Shown piece after piece: positions 13,244 to 26,600 of a stretch of 64,000 nucleotides of DNA. The stretch comes from Phoronis australis (taxonomy: Eukaryota > Animalia > Phoronida): NCBI GenBank assembly GCA_002633005.1, contig NMRA01000049.1, positions 1,036,011 through 1,100,010 of the forward strand, written 5' to 3'. Positions within the stretch are counted from its first letter, which is position 1. Every line of letters starts with the position of its first letter. The position numbers and the translations under genes were made by a program. The notes beneath the pieces were generated by a model, which saw nothing but the letters and a program-made list of their open reading frames with translations, was not told the origin of the DNA and did no database searches.

Positions 13244-16200
13244 ATGGCGGCCCCCTTACAAGGAGAAGTTGACGACGATATTTTCGATTCTGTAATCATG
13301 GCAGAACAACGGTTTGTTGTGTTTCTATGGAGTCACATCAAATTCAGTTTGGCATGTTTTCCCCACTGCTGGTTATGAACTAGTTTGACGACAAACGAGT
13401 CGCGTAGTCCTAAAGGTTATACCAATGCTTCTGAGTCTGATTATCGGGCACTGTTCGATACTTTCAGGCGCTCGACCTTTACTTAGTAGTATAGCGTCGA
13501 GCGACTGATAAAGTGCCTTTGGTTCGGATATAGTGCCTTATAGAGGACCCTCATTTAGGGAACTAGTTCCATCCACTGAATAATGGGAAGGTTATTCAGT
13601 GATAGCATGGGTCTCTAAATCAAGGTCCACTCTACTCTATAGTCTGTATATCCGACCAGTGCAGGTTATCGACCTCAGACAGTTAAGACGCATTTGTTGT
13701 TGCTGGGTGTGCTCATACCTAACAAATCGGCCAAATAAACCGATTCTCACTATCTAACTAACATTGCACTCACTGTTCTCATCAGTTCACTGTTGCTGTT
13801 CATCCGACATTCAAATTATAAGATATTGTCACAACCTGTTCGGCCAAATGTAAACAAGTTTTTGCTATTCACCTGACATGTTGCCCCCAAAACAAACTTA
13901 TTTTTACCACTATTTACCCGGATTTTCCGTAGATAATCCCGCCCAATGAAATGCCTATGGGTGTTTATTCAAAAAAATTATGGCGAATAAATGCTTATGG
14001 GCGTTTATTTGGTGTTACAACTTCTGGTGTCAAGTGTTCAAGTAGTGAGGCGTTTATTCGGAAAATTTTCGCTTACAAGTCCACTCGGTGTCAACTTCTA
14101 GTCACAAATTCAGTTTTGTGAAACATCATTTATAAAAATGAACAAAGTGTTGGCTAACTAATCATTAACTTAAAATTAAAAAGACCAGTTTAATGCAAAA
14201 AATGCCATACCAGCCGAGGCTATGATTTTCCATTTACATGCCCCCTTTTCCGAATAAACTCCCGGGCATTTGTTTGATGTTTGAAATGTCTGAAAATTTT
14301 CATTTCCGATACATGCCCATTCACTTAATATCTACAGAAAATCCCGGTACTAGTATTTTTGGTACTTTCGGATGAATGACAGTTGGTTTTTTTCTCAACA
14401 CATTAAAAGTCAGGAGAGGAACTAATTTCATCTAAATTAAAATTCAATATGTTCTTCAAGTCGTCACTTAAATTCTACATGTTGCATTCAACTAGTCCTT
14501 TCAACTGTGGGCTGTTCCAGTAAAATCCGTGTGGGAGGGGGGGGGCGGTAGTAGAAATAAAAATTCATGGGTGGTGGTCTTCAGAAAAAAACTCAAATTA
14601 TTTGTGGTCGTTCCTGTTAGAAGTGATGCATTAAAAATGGGTGGTATTTTTTGACCTGTTAATGTTGACAGGTTGTTACTTCAGCCAGCAAAACTCAAAA
14701 AAATGCAATTGGCATATAAATAAACTATCCTAACTGATCCCAATACCAAAAAGCCCATATTGCCAGTGAACAATATGTGCAATATGATCACTAAGCCATT
14801 AATCAAGTCAGGGGCAACTTGATTTGATCCAACTGTTTGTCTGCAGTCCTATTGAATTGAAAAGTTATGCAACACTAAACTGGTGTTAACACATATAAGA
14901 AAATTGATGATTTTTAAATAAAAAGTATGAGGAGTAAGATAAACAAGTTCCAATATTCACTTGACATAGAAGTATAAAAGAGTTCATGGAGACAGTTTGA
15001 GATTCATAGATCCTTATAATTGAAAAAATGTTCATTGAAATTATATACACGTGGTGAACAGAGACACCTGGTGGCTGCCAAAAGTATTGCTCACAGGCTA
15101 CTTTAGGTTTTGACAATATTGGACAAGACAACTAGTTCTTGTCTGTCAATCATCTAAGTTCTTAACAGGTCCTCCTGGAGGCAATTTGTTTGCAAGTGTT
15201 GGATTTTATATTTTAACCTATTAAAAATAATTAAAAAATTATGGGTCATGGGTTGGAGAAATAAATGAAAAATATGGGCAGTGGGTACGAAATAAAAGTA
15301 CCTTCCCCCCTCCCATACAGATTTTGCTGGAACAGCCCTGTGCGTAATTGTAAGATCTGCATCTAAAATTGTGGCAGACACCATGTCATGTCCACAAAAT
15401 AAAACATTAAGCGATGAGTCTTAATTAGACACTGATGACAATTCTTTATCATTAATAGCAAAAAGTGGCTTATTTGGCACTTGGCAGAAAAGTTGGTAAT
15501 TCACAATGAATATCTTGATTGATGAGATTGTTGAATAGTAAAAATCTGTTTATTTGGTCGACTTATCACTTGAGTAATCATTTGGTTTGGAATTGCAAAG
15601 TTTCAAAGCATGGCACGAATATGTAAGTGCCTAGTGAAACAAAGATCTAGTATGTATTCAGTGAGGTTGAATTTCTCAGATTTTCTGTGCAGGGGTCAGC
15701 ATGAAGTAGAGCACTGGGTGCAGTGTTCCTCCTGTGGAATGCTCAACTGATTTTATAAATGATGGAAGAAATATACATAAAATGTATTGAGAGTGGCATA
15801 GATGAAGTAATATTACACAAGACATTATTCAGTGTATCGACTGAGATGGAATAATGTCGAGTGGGATATTACTTCATCTATGCCAATCAATGTATGTTCA
15901 ATTTGTATTTATAACGTACGCATCAAATTCTTAACTTTCTTTCATTTTTGCGCAGATTTTTTAAATACTTCACCCAGACTATTTACGTATATATACTTGC
16001 GTGTTATGTTAAAATTTTTCTCTAGATAAGGTAAAGAAACAGTTTTAAATGTAATGTTTTATTGCTTGAAAAGAGATAACAAAGATAAAAACAACAGTAA
16101 TTGTGCATTGAACTTGTATTATTTCCTGAAAATAGTTAAATAACAACAATATTTGATATTGTAGTTTCTGAGGAATTCGGCGCCTGGATTGCAGACGAGA

Positions 16201-19200
16201 TAATGTTTAACAAACAAAACTGAGACAGAAGTGTCATATAATTAAGTTTTGTATCAGATGCTATGTTTGGTACCTGATTGCATGTTGATTGTTATTTATA
16301 CAGCTGCAATTTTATTACTTTAAACTGTTTTGGAAAAGTTTGATGATCAAACCGGCTAATGACATTGAGTCCACATTGACCTACCTTTTTAACTTTCCAT
16401 GTCAGAGGGCACTGTAAAAGTAGTCCTCGTAGTGTAATACGGAAAACAATATTACTTGGCCGTTTTGCACTTAACTTATTCAATGCGTATGGGATAAATT
16501 GTAATAAACAGTTATGTCTGGAAATGTTCCCGTCAATAATTAGAATGATACACCAACTAGTTGAAAATAATGAACAATCATCAGTTGTTCCGAAACCAAA
16601 AAATCACATAAGTTGTGTGCAAAGTGCAAGTTAAGATAATTTTCAATAAAGTCTTTTCAGCGGATGACTGTTTCATAGCCGAGCTTCAGATCTGTTTATA
16701 TTTTGGACCACCCTGTATCATGTGCTGCCTATTAGTGAAATAGTCTAACTATATACCTGCTCATAGTGGATACATGTCCATTGCTCATTATTTTTGTATT
16801 AATTTTAGTTTTCAAATGGATGGATATGCTGAAGGATATGCAGATGGGTGTCGCCAGGGAGTTATTAAAGGAAAGAAGACTGGTGTTGCCATGGGAACAG
16901 CAATAGCGTCAGAGGTTGTACTGAATGCTGTATAGAATGTGTCGCTTTTAAACATACAAAGTACTGGTTGATTTTTTAATATATGGTGCAATTCTTAACA
17001 TTCTGTTTCAGTATAGCACAGAACTGTGTTTTCCCTTTTGCCTAGATAATCTAAGTTCCCATTTTAAAAAATCATCTTTTTCAGGCACCGAAGAAAAATG
17101 AATGAAGTTAGGTGCATGATTTTGAAAGAAATAACATTCACTCGTTGAAAATGTAAAGAAAATTAGAGTGTTTTCAAAAGGGCCATATACACAACTGAAT
17201 GATGATTTTATTGCATGCCAACTTAATCGTTTTGTGATGCTATGATTTGGCATTCTGGGCATTTACCAAACACACAGGCTGTAAAATCACAACCTTGAAC
17301 TGGGATGCCATTTAGCATTAAAATTAAGCCCTGAAATGGTGGCCTCTTGTAAGTGTCAGGAAGAAGCATTATGTTAAATATACTACCTGGTGGACAGCTT
17401 CACACTTAACAAAATGTTGGGTCCAGATTCCTGTATCAAGGCAATATGTGCATAAATGAATTTGTGTATTCTCTTGACTCGATTGTCATAAAACTCTGGG
17501 CTGAACACAGACTAACAATGGTTTATGACTTTCTGATGCTAGACGTGAAATGTGAACCACAGATAATGAGATGCACGAATTTTGTTCCAAAATTTCACTG
17601 AATAATTCACACATTTTAGATTTTACCACAGAGTTTTAAAGTCACTAAAGAGATTTACTTCAGTGAGGCACAATACCTAAAAGATATTGTCATTGCTTTG
17701 CATCATTTCTTCATGACCTGTTCACAAAATTGTGGGAAACCCACAATTACACTGTTTCTTACATTTTCATGAGATTCTTACCCACATTGTTACGATTGGT
17801 AATTCCCACAATTCAAATCCTATTCTCACTTGTGGAGATAGAGATTGATATGGGTATTGAAAGCTAGATTAGTTAACCTGCTTCTATGCCATGTTGGATT
17901 AGTGAAGAACGATTATTGTGCCTCACTTGGATTTTTCAAATTTTTACGCTTCTGCAGTCAATAAACTTTATTGGCATCACAGTGATGAATTGAAATTTAT
18001 AGTAATTTTGATGGAATCAGCGTAGCAATAGTGTATAACTGGGAGTCAAGTGCCCTACTGGTACACAGTATTGTGACTAAATACCATGATGTCATAGAGG
18101 ACACTGTAGTATTGTGGGACATGGCTGTTGGTGAAGTTGTAGTTCAGCATAACGTTTTTTCTTTTATTTGTTTTCAGGTTGGCTTCTACAAAGGTTTCGT
18201 GACTGGTCTGAAGATAACCATGGCTAACTGTGACCAGTCTTCGAGGTAAACAATACTTAGTAACTTGATCAACTATATTTAAACTACTGACATAAAACAA
18301 GCTCAATATTTGTTTCCATAGTCTTTAAATCCTGTGAACTTTCCAATACATATTAATACATTGTGGGTAGCATGAGTCATAGAATCCAACAATCTCCTGA
18401 AATTTAATATGCACATTTCAGTATCCAAAAAGAAACACAGTATTTAGCCATCATGTATCAGAAAAGGAGACTTTATTTCTGTAAGAACTAGACCACCAAG
18501 GTCTAGGGCATGTTATTATGGATTTAAATTTTGATTCATTTTATTTGACTTTGTGTTTTACTTCTTGTAGAAAGTGGAAGATTTTGTCAACTTTTGACGA
18601 ACTTGTAAGCAGGTTCCCACTGGACGATGCCTCATACAATGACCTTCATGATGACCTTGGGAAGATGAGATCGAAGTTCAAACAGGTGTAGTCCTCTATG
18701 CAGAACAAGACCTCTAAAAATTGGTCTTACTTGTGTTATTAGTGATTTCTGGGCTTTTGGAGAAGGTCACATGTAGTGCAAACTTTGGTTCATGTTTTGG
18801 AGTAGAACCTTAAGTTTTGTTTTGCCTTTTAAATGTGGGGTTTAGCACTTCTACTTAGGCATGAAAACACCGTTAAGGGATTGAAGTTCCATGATTGCTT
18901 TAACCACAAGATTCGCCGACGACAACTCGATTTATTCCACCATTTCGGCTTGACCAATTAACTCTTAACATGAAAAAAGGTTTTCAGCGTGAACTTTAGG
19001 TCAGATTATATAGTCTCTGTTGGTCAACATGAATGCCTGTTGTCAATGACTATAGTCGAGCCAATGCCCTTTGAACCTAGCTGCATTCCAAACTTGCTGC
19101 AGACCTGGAGATGGCAATCTCTGTGTACAATCATGTAGTTGTCAGTAAATTGTTACATATGTGATGTTCCACAATAATTAACAAATCGTAGGCAAATATG

Positions 19201-19592
19201 CTTTTAAATAATATGTTTCAATAGTTTTTTCAATAATGTGCATTGTTTTACTAGGTAGATAGATTTGATTCTTAATTTATATGCACACTGTGGTCTTGAT
19301 CAACAAGATGTTCACGTGCTTTCCTCAACACCACTTCAGTGCACGTCTTTTTCATACCACTTGACTATGGTTAGCTCTAGTTCATGGACTGAAAATGGCC
19401 TTAATGAGTCAAAAGTAACGTGGCTGGAAATAAACTGATTCCAATATGGCATGTTAGGTGGAGTTACTAGTCAGCAACAATAGCTGCAGCTATTATCACT
19501 TCTGCTCTGATAATTTGTTTTTGTCGCAGGTTGCCTCAGTCTTCAATTTCACATCTGAATATGGAAAGGTTGACCAGAAGTATGCATTCTGA
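13244..19592 (+). CDS. LTO1: Protein LTO1 homolog (ORAOV1; Yae1-Lto1 adaptor for ABCE1 Fe-S maturation), complete; exons 13244-13311, 16809-16914, 18178-18245, 18571-18685, 19530-19592
   Basis: Five GT-AG exons join to 420 nt (139 aa): MAAPLQGEVDDDIFDSVIMAEQRFQMDGYAEGYADGCRQGVIKGKKTGVAMGTAIASEVGFYKGF...RKWKIL...RFPLDDASYNDLHDDLGKMRSKFKQVASVF...KYAF*. The deca-GX3 motif and the DIFD..MA.R and FP.DD..Y..LH.DL.K.R.KFKQ segments match human ORAOV1. AATAAA at 19837. Confidence 0.93.
13430..13679. mobile_element. Small nested-hairpin MITE-like element in LTO1 intron 1
   Basis: Imperfect ~30-bp terminal inverted repeat (TCTGAG..GCACTG.TCG.ATA / TATCCGACCAGTGC..CCTCAGA), plus internal hairpins CGCTCGAC/GTCGAGCG and CACTGAATAA/TTATTCAGTG. 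Confidence 0.5.
13917..14347. mobile_element. Tc1/mariner (pogo/Tc2-like) MITE
   Basis: TA|CCCGGATTTTCCGTAGATA ... TATCTACAGAAAATCCCGG|TA: a 19-bp TIR with TA TSD. Internal GGCGTTTATTC/GAATAAA sub-repeats. Confidence 0.8.
14509..15338. mobile_element. MITE with ~30-bp TIR and 3-bp TSD (PIF/Harbinger-like)
   Basis: TGT|GGGCTGTTCCAGTAAAATCCGTGTGGGAGGGGG ... CCCCCTCCCATACAGATTTTGCTGGAACAGCCC|TGT. Confidence 0.8.
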
Positions 19593-22500
19593 TGAAGGAT
19601 AACAAGGAAATGCATTCCGTTTCTACTGAGTGACAGATTTAAGGTACGGTTTCCTGAAATTCGAGCAGAAATAATTGCCAAAATAGTCATTTTCCATTTT
19701 TCAAATTATATCTCACTGCATTATTAATCACATGCTCAAAACTTCATCATTTGTTGATGACGTATATGCAATGTAAATTGTGCAAACAATGAATTTAAGT
19801 TTTTTCTGTTTACTTTTTATTGAAATATTTTCATGAAATAAAATTTTAGTGCTCCGCCATAGTGTGTTCTAAACCCGAGGAAAGTTTACCATAAGATTTC
19901 GGTCACATTAAGGATTAGTTGAGCATAATTGCTGTCAGTATTCACTTTACAGAGGTCTCGCATTTTGACTATAAGTTTGATGCCCATTATTCAGTGGAGA
20001 AAACTGGTTGCGTGCTTAGAAATTAGCGTTTTGATTTTGAACTAGAGTGGGCTCAATGCACAGATAATGCAGTGCTGTACTGGGGTACAGTTTCTATGTC
20101 ATTCCTCATTTTTGTGACATTTGTATTTTATGCTGTGTTTGTGTTTTATATCCAGCCCCAGATTGAGAATGGTGGACGTTCCCACCAAAACCTGTCACGA
20201 TTGAAACACTTTGTTGTCATATTCAGACACAGTTAAATTGCAGTTTTAATCATCCTCATGACTGGTTTGAACAAAACAACAAAGCTAACTGAAGATTCTA
20301 TTTGGTTACAATTTTTTAGATTGTGGCATTTTTATGAATCCTTTTTAACTGACATTTTAAAGTTAAAACATTTTAACTCTATGCACCTCCTCAAAACTGC
20401 AGTGTAACGATAAAATGCCATTGTCTTGATATCAACTCAAAAAATGGTAGTGCTTTAATATGTAATCTATGTCTGGTCTTTCTTATTGTGTTAGGGTGTA
20501 GTTGGAGCTGTCTGGTGAAACTGGTGCTGTTCCAATGAGAGTTCACACTCCCAACTGGCAAGACTGCGCCTTGTGTTACTTCGAAGACAGACATTGAAAG
20601 CATCAAGTGTTTTAGGACTGCTATAATCAAGCCATCTCATGTTCTATGGGATTTAGATCATTTAGTGTAACAGTTTGAACACAACATCTTGGCCTCGTTT
20701 TAGCAGTGGTATTGAAATCTGATCAAATGTGTTTTCTGACTAATTAACTGCAGGAGATATTTACATCTGTCTGTATACACACTGGGATACTCAACATAGT
20801 CACATTTGTGGCACAATAAATTACACCGAGAAACCTTTTTGACAAAAATTCGACAGGATCACAATTCAAACAAAACCCTTCACCTCTTTTTATGGAACTC
20901 TGTGACCATGTTGACATCTCCAAGAATACTTCCGAAATGGCTCTTCCATTGGAGGTCATTGTAGAGGCATACCTCCAACTCAGATACGCATTTTGTCGCC
21001 TCAGGTATTAAGGGATTTATGGCCTTACTCGAGACCAAGCTCAATAGGTGACTTGGCATGTTAGTTCATATTTCACACAATAATGAACTGTCTGTTTGTC
21101 CCAAGCACAGCATATACTTTTAATGACAGCAAGAAGCTGAGACTGGAAAATCAAGTGCACAAGCAATTTAGTAGTCTGTGCAGTTTGGCGGTAGCAGTGA
21201 TGATTATGTAGTGATTTTGTGTTCATGGTGATGCCAAACAACACAAAAACATGAGAAGCAATTTCCTTTAATAAGCCTCCTTTTCAAAGCATTCGTCGGT
21301 GACATATCGGAGAAATATGTTAGACAATGTTTGTTCCAGTGGGTTTCTCATGTCTGATTTGTAATGTGCCCTCGTTGAAATACTTGCATGTGACAGAAGA
21401 CCATATAAGAACAACAGTGTATACACTGGCATGCAATGAGTAATGAACATATACATCAGCAAAAGACCTTTTTACTTATAGACATCTGTATTGAGAAAAT
21501 AATGTTTACAGTTTCTTGTGGTGAATTACTGAAATTGCAAAACAGTACATGAAATTAAGTTTTAAAATTTTTGTCTTGTGTTAAGTTACTAACACATCCA
21601 AAATTTCAGTTAAAGGCACTGTTAGCATCTGACATTACTAGTTGTAATGACAAGTTATGTTGCATGCGGATACTTACTTATGGATCACGTGCTATGATCA
21701 ACTCTCACAGATTGAAACTAAATAATTATTTCAATTTGTTTCATTAAACGTTTAAAAAGTTTTAAAATGTACAAGATTGGTGCGTTACAGACATTCACAA
21801 TTATCGCCATTTTCACAAGAAATTAGTGTATGCAATATGCACATTTCCTGAATCTTTACCCCGAAAGTGAACAAGTGTTGATATTTTTATAAACACCAGG
21901 GTTTATTTATATTCAACTGTGTGTATGTATTAGCCGTTACAAAAGTGCTTGGAGATTGATATCAAATGACTGTGGGAATATTGAAGTTGTTGGTTGTTTT
22001 GTCTTGATTTAAGATAACAATTGATATAATTAAAGAAATCCTTTCATAGTTCACAACTATCGTTTTAACTGACCATTTTCAAACCATAAGTAATATATTT
22101 TTGGAGTCCTCAATCACTGAAAAATCTTAATTCTTGCTTTAAATTCTATCGCAATAGTTTTTAATCATGCCACTTTCATATTCTGTGAAAATTGTAATTT
22201 TTGGTTTCAACATGAATTTCTAAAAAAAACCTTACCTGTGTTGGAACTATATATTTTGAGTTCAAATTGCAGGGAATCGTGCCTCAGATTGTGTTTATTT
22301 ACCCTAAAACAACAGAGATATTAGTTATTGAAGTCCCATTTTAACATATTGTTGATGGCAAATACTCTCAGTAGTGGGAAAGGAAATCTTAAATCTGAGA
22401 CACGAGTTCCCTTGGTCATCAACCCTATAGTAAGTGCATACAAAATCAGACCACACACTAAAAAAATCAATTTAAAAAAACTGCTAAAAGGGTCGAGGCC

Positions 22501-23066
22501 TGTAAAATTATGAATACAACAGGGCCGTCATTATCCAAGAGGAAAGGTGCCTGTGCCTTTAAAGCGGGGCAATTTTTGGGGTGAGGGAAAGATTCTACCT
22601 CCCGATCACCATCAAAATAGCACTCCCACCCTGTTCCAAGCCCTCATAGGCTCCGCCTCAAGTAGCCAAAACTAAGGTTTTGTTTTCTTTCAAATTGTCC
22701 CTGAATGGGTTACAAGTGATTTGAACCTCAAGGGGAATTTTTCAATGACTTGACGGGAATATTTGGGCTTCGTGAGGGTAATTTCGCGTGATTTTTCAAT
22801 ACTATCCAGAGGGGAATGGGGCCGAAGCCAAAAGCACAGGTTTGTACACTCGTCAAAAGTGGCTCTATAACGTGCACAGTCCCTTAAATCGGTGAAAATG
22901 TCGGATGACAATGTCAAAGCCTATCACAATCATCTACAATTAATTTGGTGGACAAAATACGTTACACAATGTTATGTATTTCACCAGAGACACAAGATAA
23001 ACAAAAAAACTTAGAAAACCATCACTTAAAATGGACAAACTAGTTTACCATACCATTAATGTAAAA

Positions 23067-23583
23067 AGGCCCTTTCATACTAACGTCGACGCGTCAAAGT
23101 TTTGGGAAGATGCAGTCAGTATGAATGGTTAACTTCGGTCCTGGATCAAAGTTAACAGTGCCAGTTACCTTCGCAGTAAACAGGTGGATTTAACAGTGGA
23201 ACGTCGACGCTGCGATGCAGTATAAACGGTCAACTTCAGTCCCATCGAAGTTATCGCCAGGGGCCACTGTTATCGTCAACAATTACAGGGCAGTGTTGTT
23301 GCTAATAGTTGCTCATATTTTGCTCGAATAATCACCAATCGAATTAGAAATAGGTTTTTTGTGTCAATTAGCACGTCACAATTCCCAAATTATCACATTA
23401 AAAAATCTTAGTATGCATGCAATGCATCAGAGCCACCTTGCGATTATTTCGATGGCAACAGCATCAGCTATCCTTTACTTCGATGCCCATTAACTACCGA
23501 AGTCAGTATGAACGGTTCAGTTAACTTTGCAGTTTACGTCAATGCTCCACTCAGACCGGAATTAAGTCAGTATGCAAGGGCTT
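23067..23583 (+). mobile_element. MITE family A copy 1 (PIF/Harbinger-like)
   Basis: TIR AGGCCCTTTCATACTAAC ... GTCAGTATGCAAGGGCTT with 3-bp AAA flanks. Internal GTCAGTATGAA(C/T)GGT sub-repeats. Homologous to 28777-29256, 50522-50927 and 60396-60897. Confidence 0.85.
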
Positions 23584-23658
23584 AAAGACAAGGTTTGAAA
23601 TAATTTATTTTTGTAAGAGTTGCACTACTCTGTAGTATTCAAGGTAGTTAACCACATT

Positions 23659-26600
23659 TCACAGGAGACCCTCAATTGGTGTTTCACTCACTTCAGTCAG
23701 GTGATCTTTATCGTGAATCTGAATACACGTGACTTGCACCCGATCATCATCAATACTGACGGCAAATTTGGACAGTCCAGTATTTGGTGATGTGCGCAGG
23801 GCAAAATGCTTTCCACCAGGCACCTGGCAGTCAAGGTCATCGATAAAATGGCGAACAAGTTCACGTATGACTCCACCGTGTGTCGACACCAACACGTCAG
23901 CAATGAGTGTCGGGAACGAGTCCACATCATCAAAACTATTGTTTCTGCCCGAACTGATACTAGATATGCTGGAGAGTCTGTGCTGCAGTAAAGGCGACAA
24001 TGACACATTAGGGCACCCGTGAGTGAGGTCCTGTGATCCAGATATGTTCATAATGTCTCTGTCGTGATTTGCGAATATTGATGCAGGCTTGTATGATTCC
24101 AACTGATTATCTTCGCTACAGGCCTCAAACACGACAGTATCGTCACTATCTTCAGATATTGATTGTGAGGCGACACTTCCCCCACTAGAACAGCCCGATG
24201 TCGATCCAGAGTTTGAATGATCATTATGCCGCACATTTCGTTTCAAAGCACTTTTGCCATTTCCTATGTTGGAATTCTGTGCATCTATACTAAATATTTC
24301 GTCTAAACTGCCACTGTCCTCCTCCTCGTTGCGTTTGCGTTTTTTTGCCACTTGAACACTGCAGTCATCAACTTTGTTGAAGTCATCCTGGACAAGTTGA
24401 CACACTTCTTGAAAGAACAATATGGCTCGGTGCCTCAGCTAGAAGAAAATGTCAAAGCACGTTTTAAATGAATTATTTTTGCATGCTGGCACACCCTGGA
24501 AATCGCACATGTCATATGCCAGCTATAATTTGCACTTTTCATTCAGCCACCATAAATAACAACAGAACAAGATATTGTTCCCTTGTCCTGATGGCTAATT
24601 CTGTTGCAAGCAAATGTGACCCGCAATAATAATTATAGCGGCAAAATTCTAATTACAGAACGGCTTGGCCACCTCACTAACTTTCCTGTTAATTCTCCAT
24701 CATTTTCGGTCATGAAGGAAGACTATTTTGACAATGAATTCGGCTTCCAGCCTTCAACCCAGCAGTTACGAATGGGAATTCCAGGTCATTTTGTCCATCT
24801 GAATACTTATGATATGCACTGTAGCTCAGACAAGCAGGAGTGTGATGCTCAGTAGAGAGCTTGAACTACACTAGGTGGTGCTAGTGAGGCAAGGTGCTAG
24901 CAGTTATTCAGGTCACATGGGACTGTTGTCCAACATTGATGAACTGCTTAATCATATTCTCCATCTATTGGGATTTAGCACCACCTGGTGTATATCAAGT
25001 TGGCTCTGCCAATATAACCAAAATTGATAGCTGTTTAAGAAGCCACCTTCCATCTAAAAATAAATTCACTTTTCTCAGACTATTTACTGTTGATAGAAAT
25101 CCTTTATATATCTGTTAAGTTTCATTGAAATCTTTCACTCCGTTCTCTAGATAACATCCGGAAACGCACTTCCTAAAAGTACTGAAAAAGTCACGCCTCC
25201 TGACCCCAGGAGCAGGGCACATTGAAAAGTGGCACGAATCATTCTAATGATGCCCTACACCCTTTTACCAAATTCTTCAAAATCCGACCAGGGGTTTTCA
25301 AGACATTGAGCGGGCAACCGCATGCCAGGACTAACCAAAGACAATTATGTGACCACTATTATGTGGATGTATAAAAGGGAAAACTGGAATTTTCAATATT
25401 AAGTCAAAAGTTGAGCCTGAAACCTAGGTACTCTTTTTGTAAAACATTTAAGCAGTCAAATACCAACCGGAAGTTGGCATCCTAATAAATTAATTGATCG
25501 CTATTCTTTACAATGTCTGCCTAATTTAAACAGGTTGTTTGTATCACATGTGATCAGGCAAAATAGGGCAACATTTGGGAACAAATGCACCAGCAAAACA
25601 TACTGAGCCAGAGTCTCAATGGTGTTAACTACACCCATGTTTTGACCGAGTACTGAGTACAACTGACTGGGCGCAAAGATTGAAACAAACTAAGGATGGA
25701 GTCCAAATATAATAGTCCAGACTGCGGGTTTCTAGGAATTATTCAGAAGACTTTGCAAATAAATACTGACAATTAAATTGTTAAGCAGGCCATAAGAACC
25801 AAGATTTTACAATATACTGAAGACCAATGAGGAATCAAGCTAAGTCATCAAGAACCAGAATCTGCAAATTCTAACTATTTGATCTTTCCACAAAATGGAA
25901 TCAAGATATCTTATAAGTCACTTGAGGCCCTAACGTACACCAAAATTCTGAAATTTCTCATCAACACTCACCTGTTCAATGGTTTCAGCACCAGAGGGGG
26001 TGTAATCCTTTACGGCAATATTAGCCAGTTTTGCTGCTTCTCGAAGTTGTTTTACATGCTTACCTTCTAAGACACCAAATTTCTGAAATTTGTACAGAAA
26101 AAAGTATTACACTTTCACATGAATCGTACTAACAATAAAAAGCACAGTGATACATACAGTCAATCCGTGTCCATAGCAACCATAACTTGCTGTAACCCAA
26201 GTAATTTGTATTTTACAATTAGTGTAAGTACATAGTAGAAATGGGACAATATAGGCGAGCAAATCATATACACTGCGCTTGTAATCCCATTCAACTGTAG
26301 CATTCTAAATAAAATTAAAACTGTAAACATGTTGATGGGTTGGTTACTTGTATACAGCATGAGTTTATCTAACATGTGTAGATGCATTAATGTCACTCAC
26401 CCTTTCTCGAAGTCGCTTATCGTGAACAACACCAGTGTTTATGTCCATCTGGTTACAGGCAAGAACTGTATGGGCTGTCTGAAATATGGCATTGAACACA
26501 CAGAGTGCATTAGGGTTTACACCCGATGCAAAGTTACGACAATCTCCAAATTATATTGTCACCAACATGAAGACTTGCATCTGACATTGATTATTTTGTA

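Noticed and set aside
19590-19600. TGA stop of LTO1 as possible selenocysteine/readthrough
   Set aside because: It is followed at once by another TGA, the length matches orthologs, and no SECIS was recognised.
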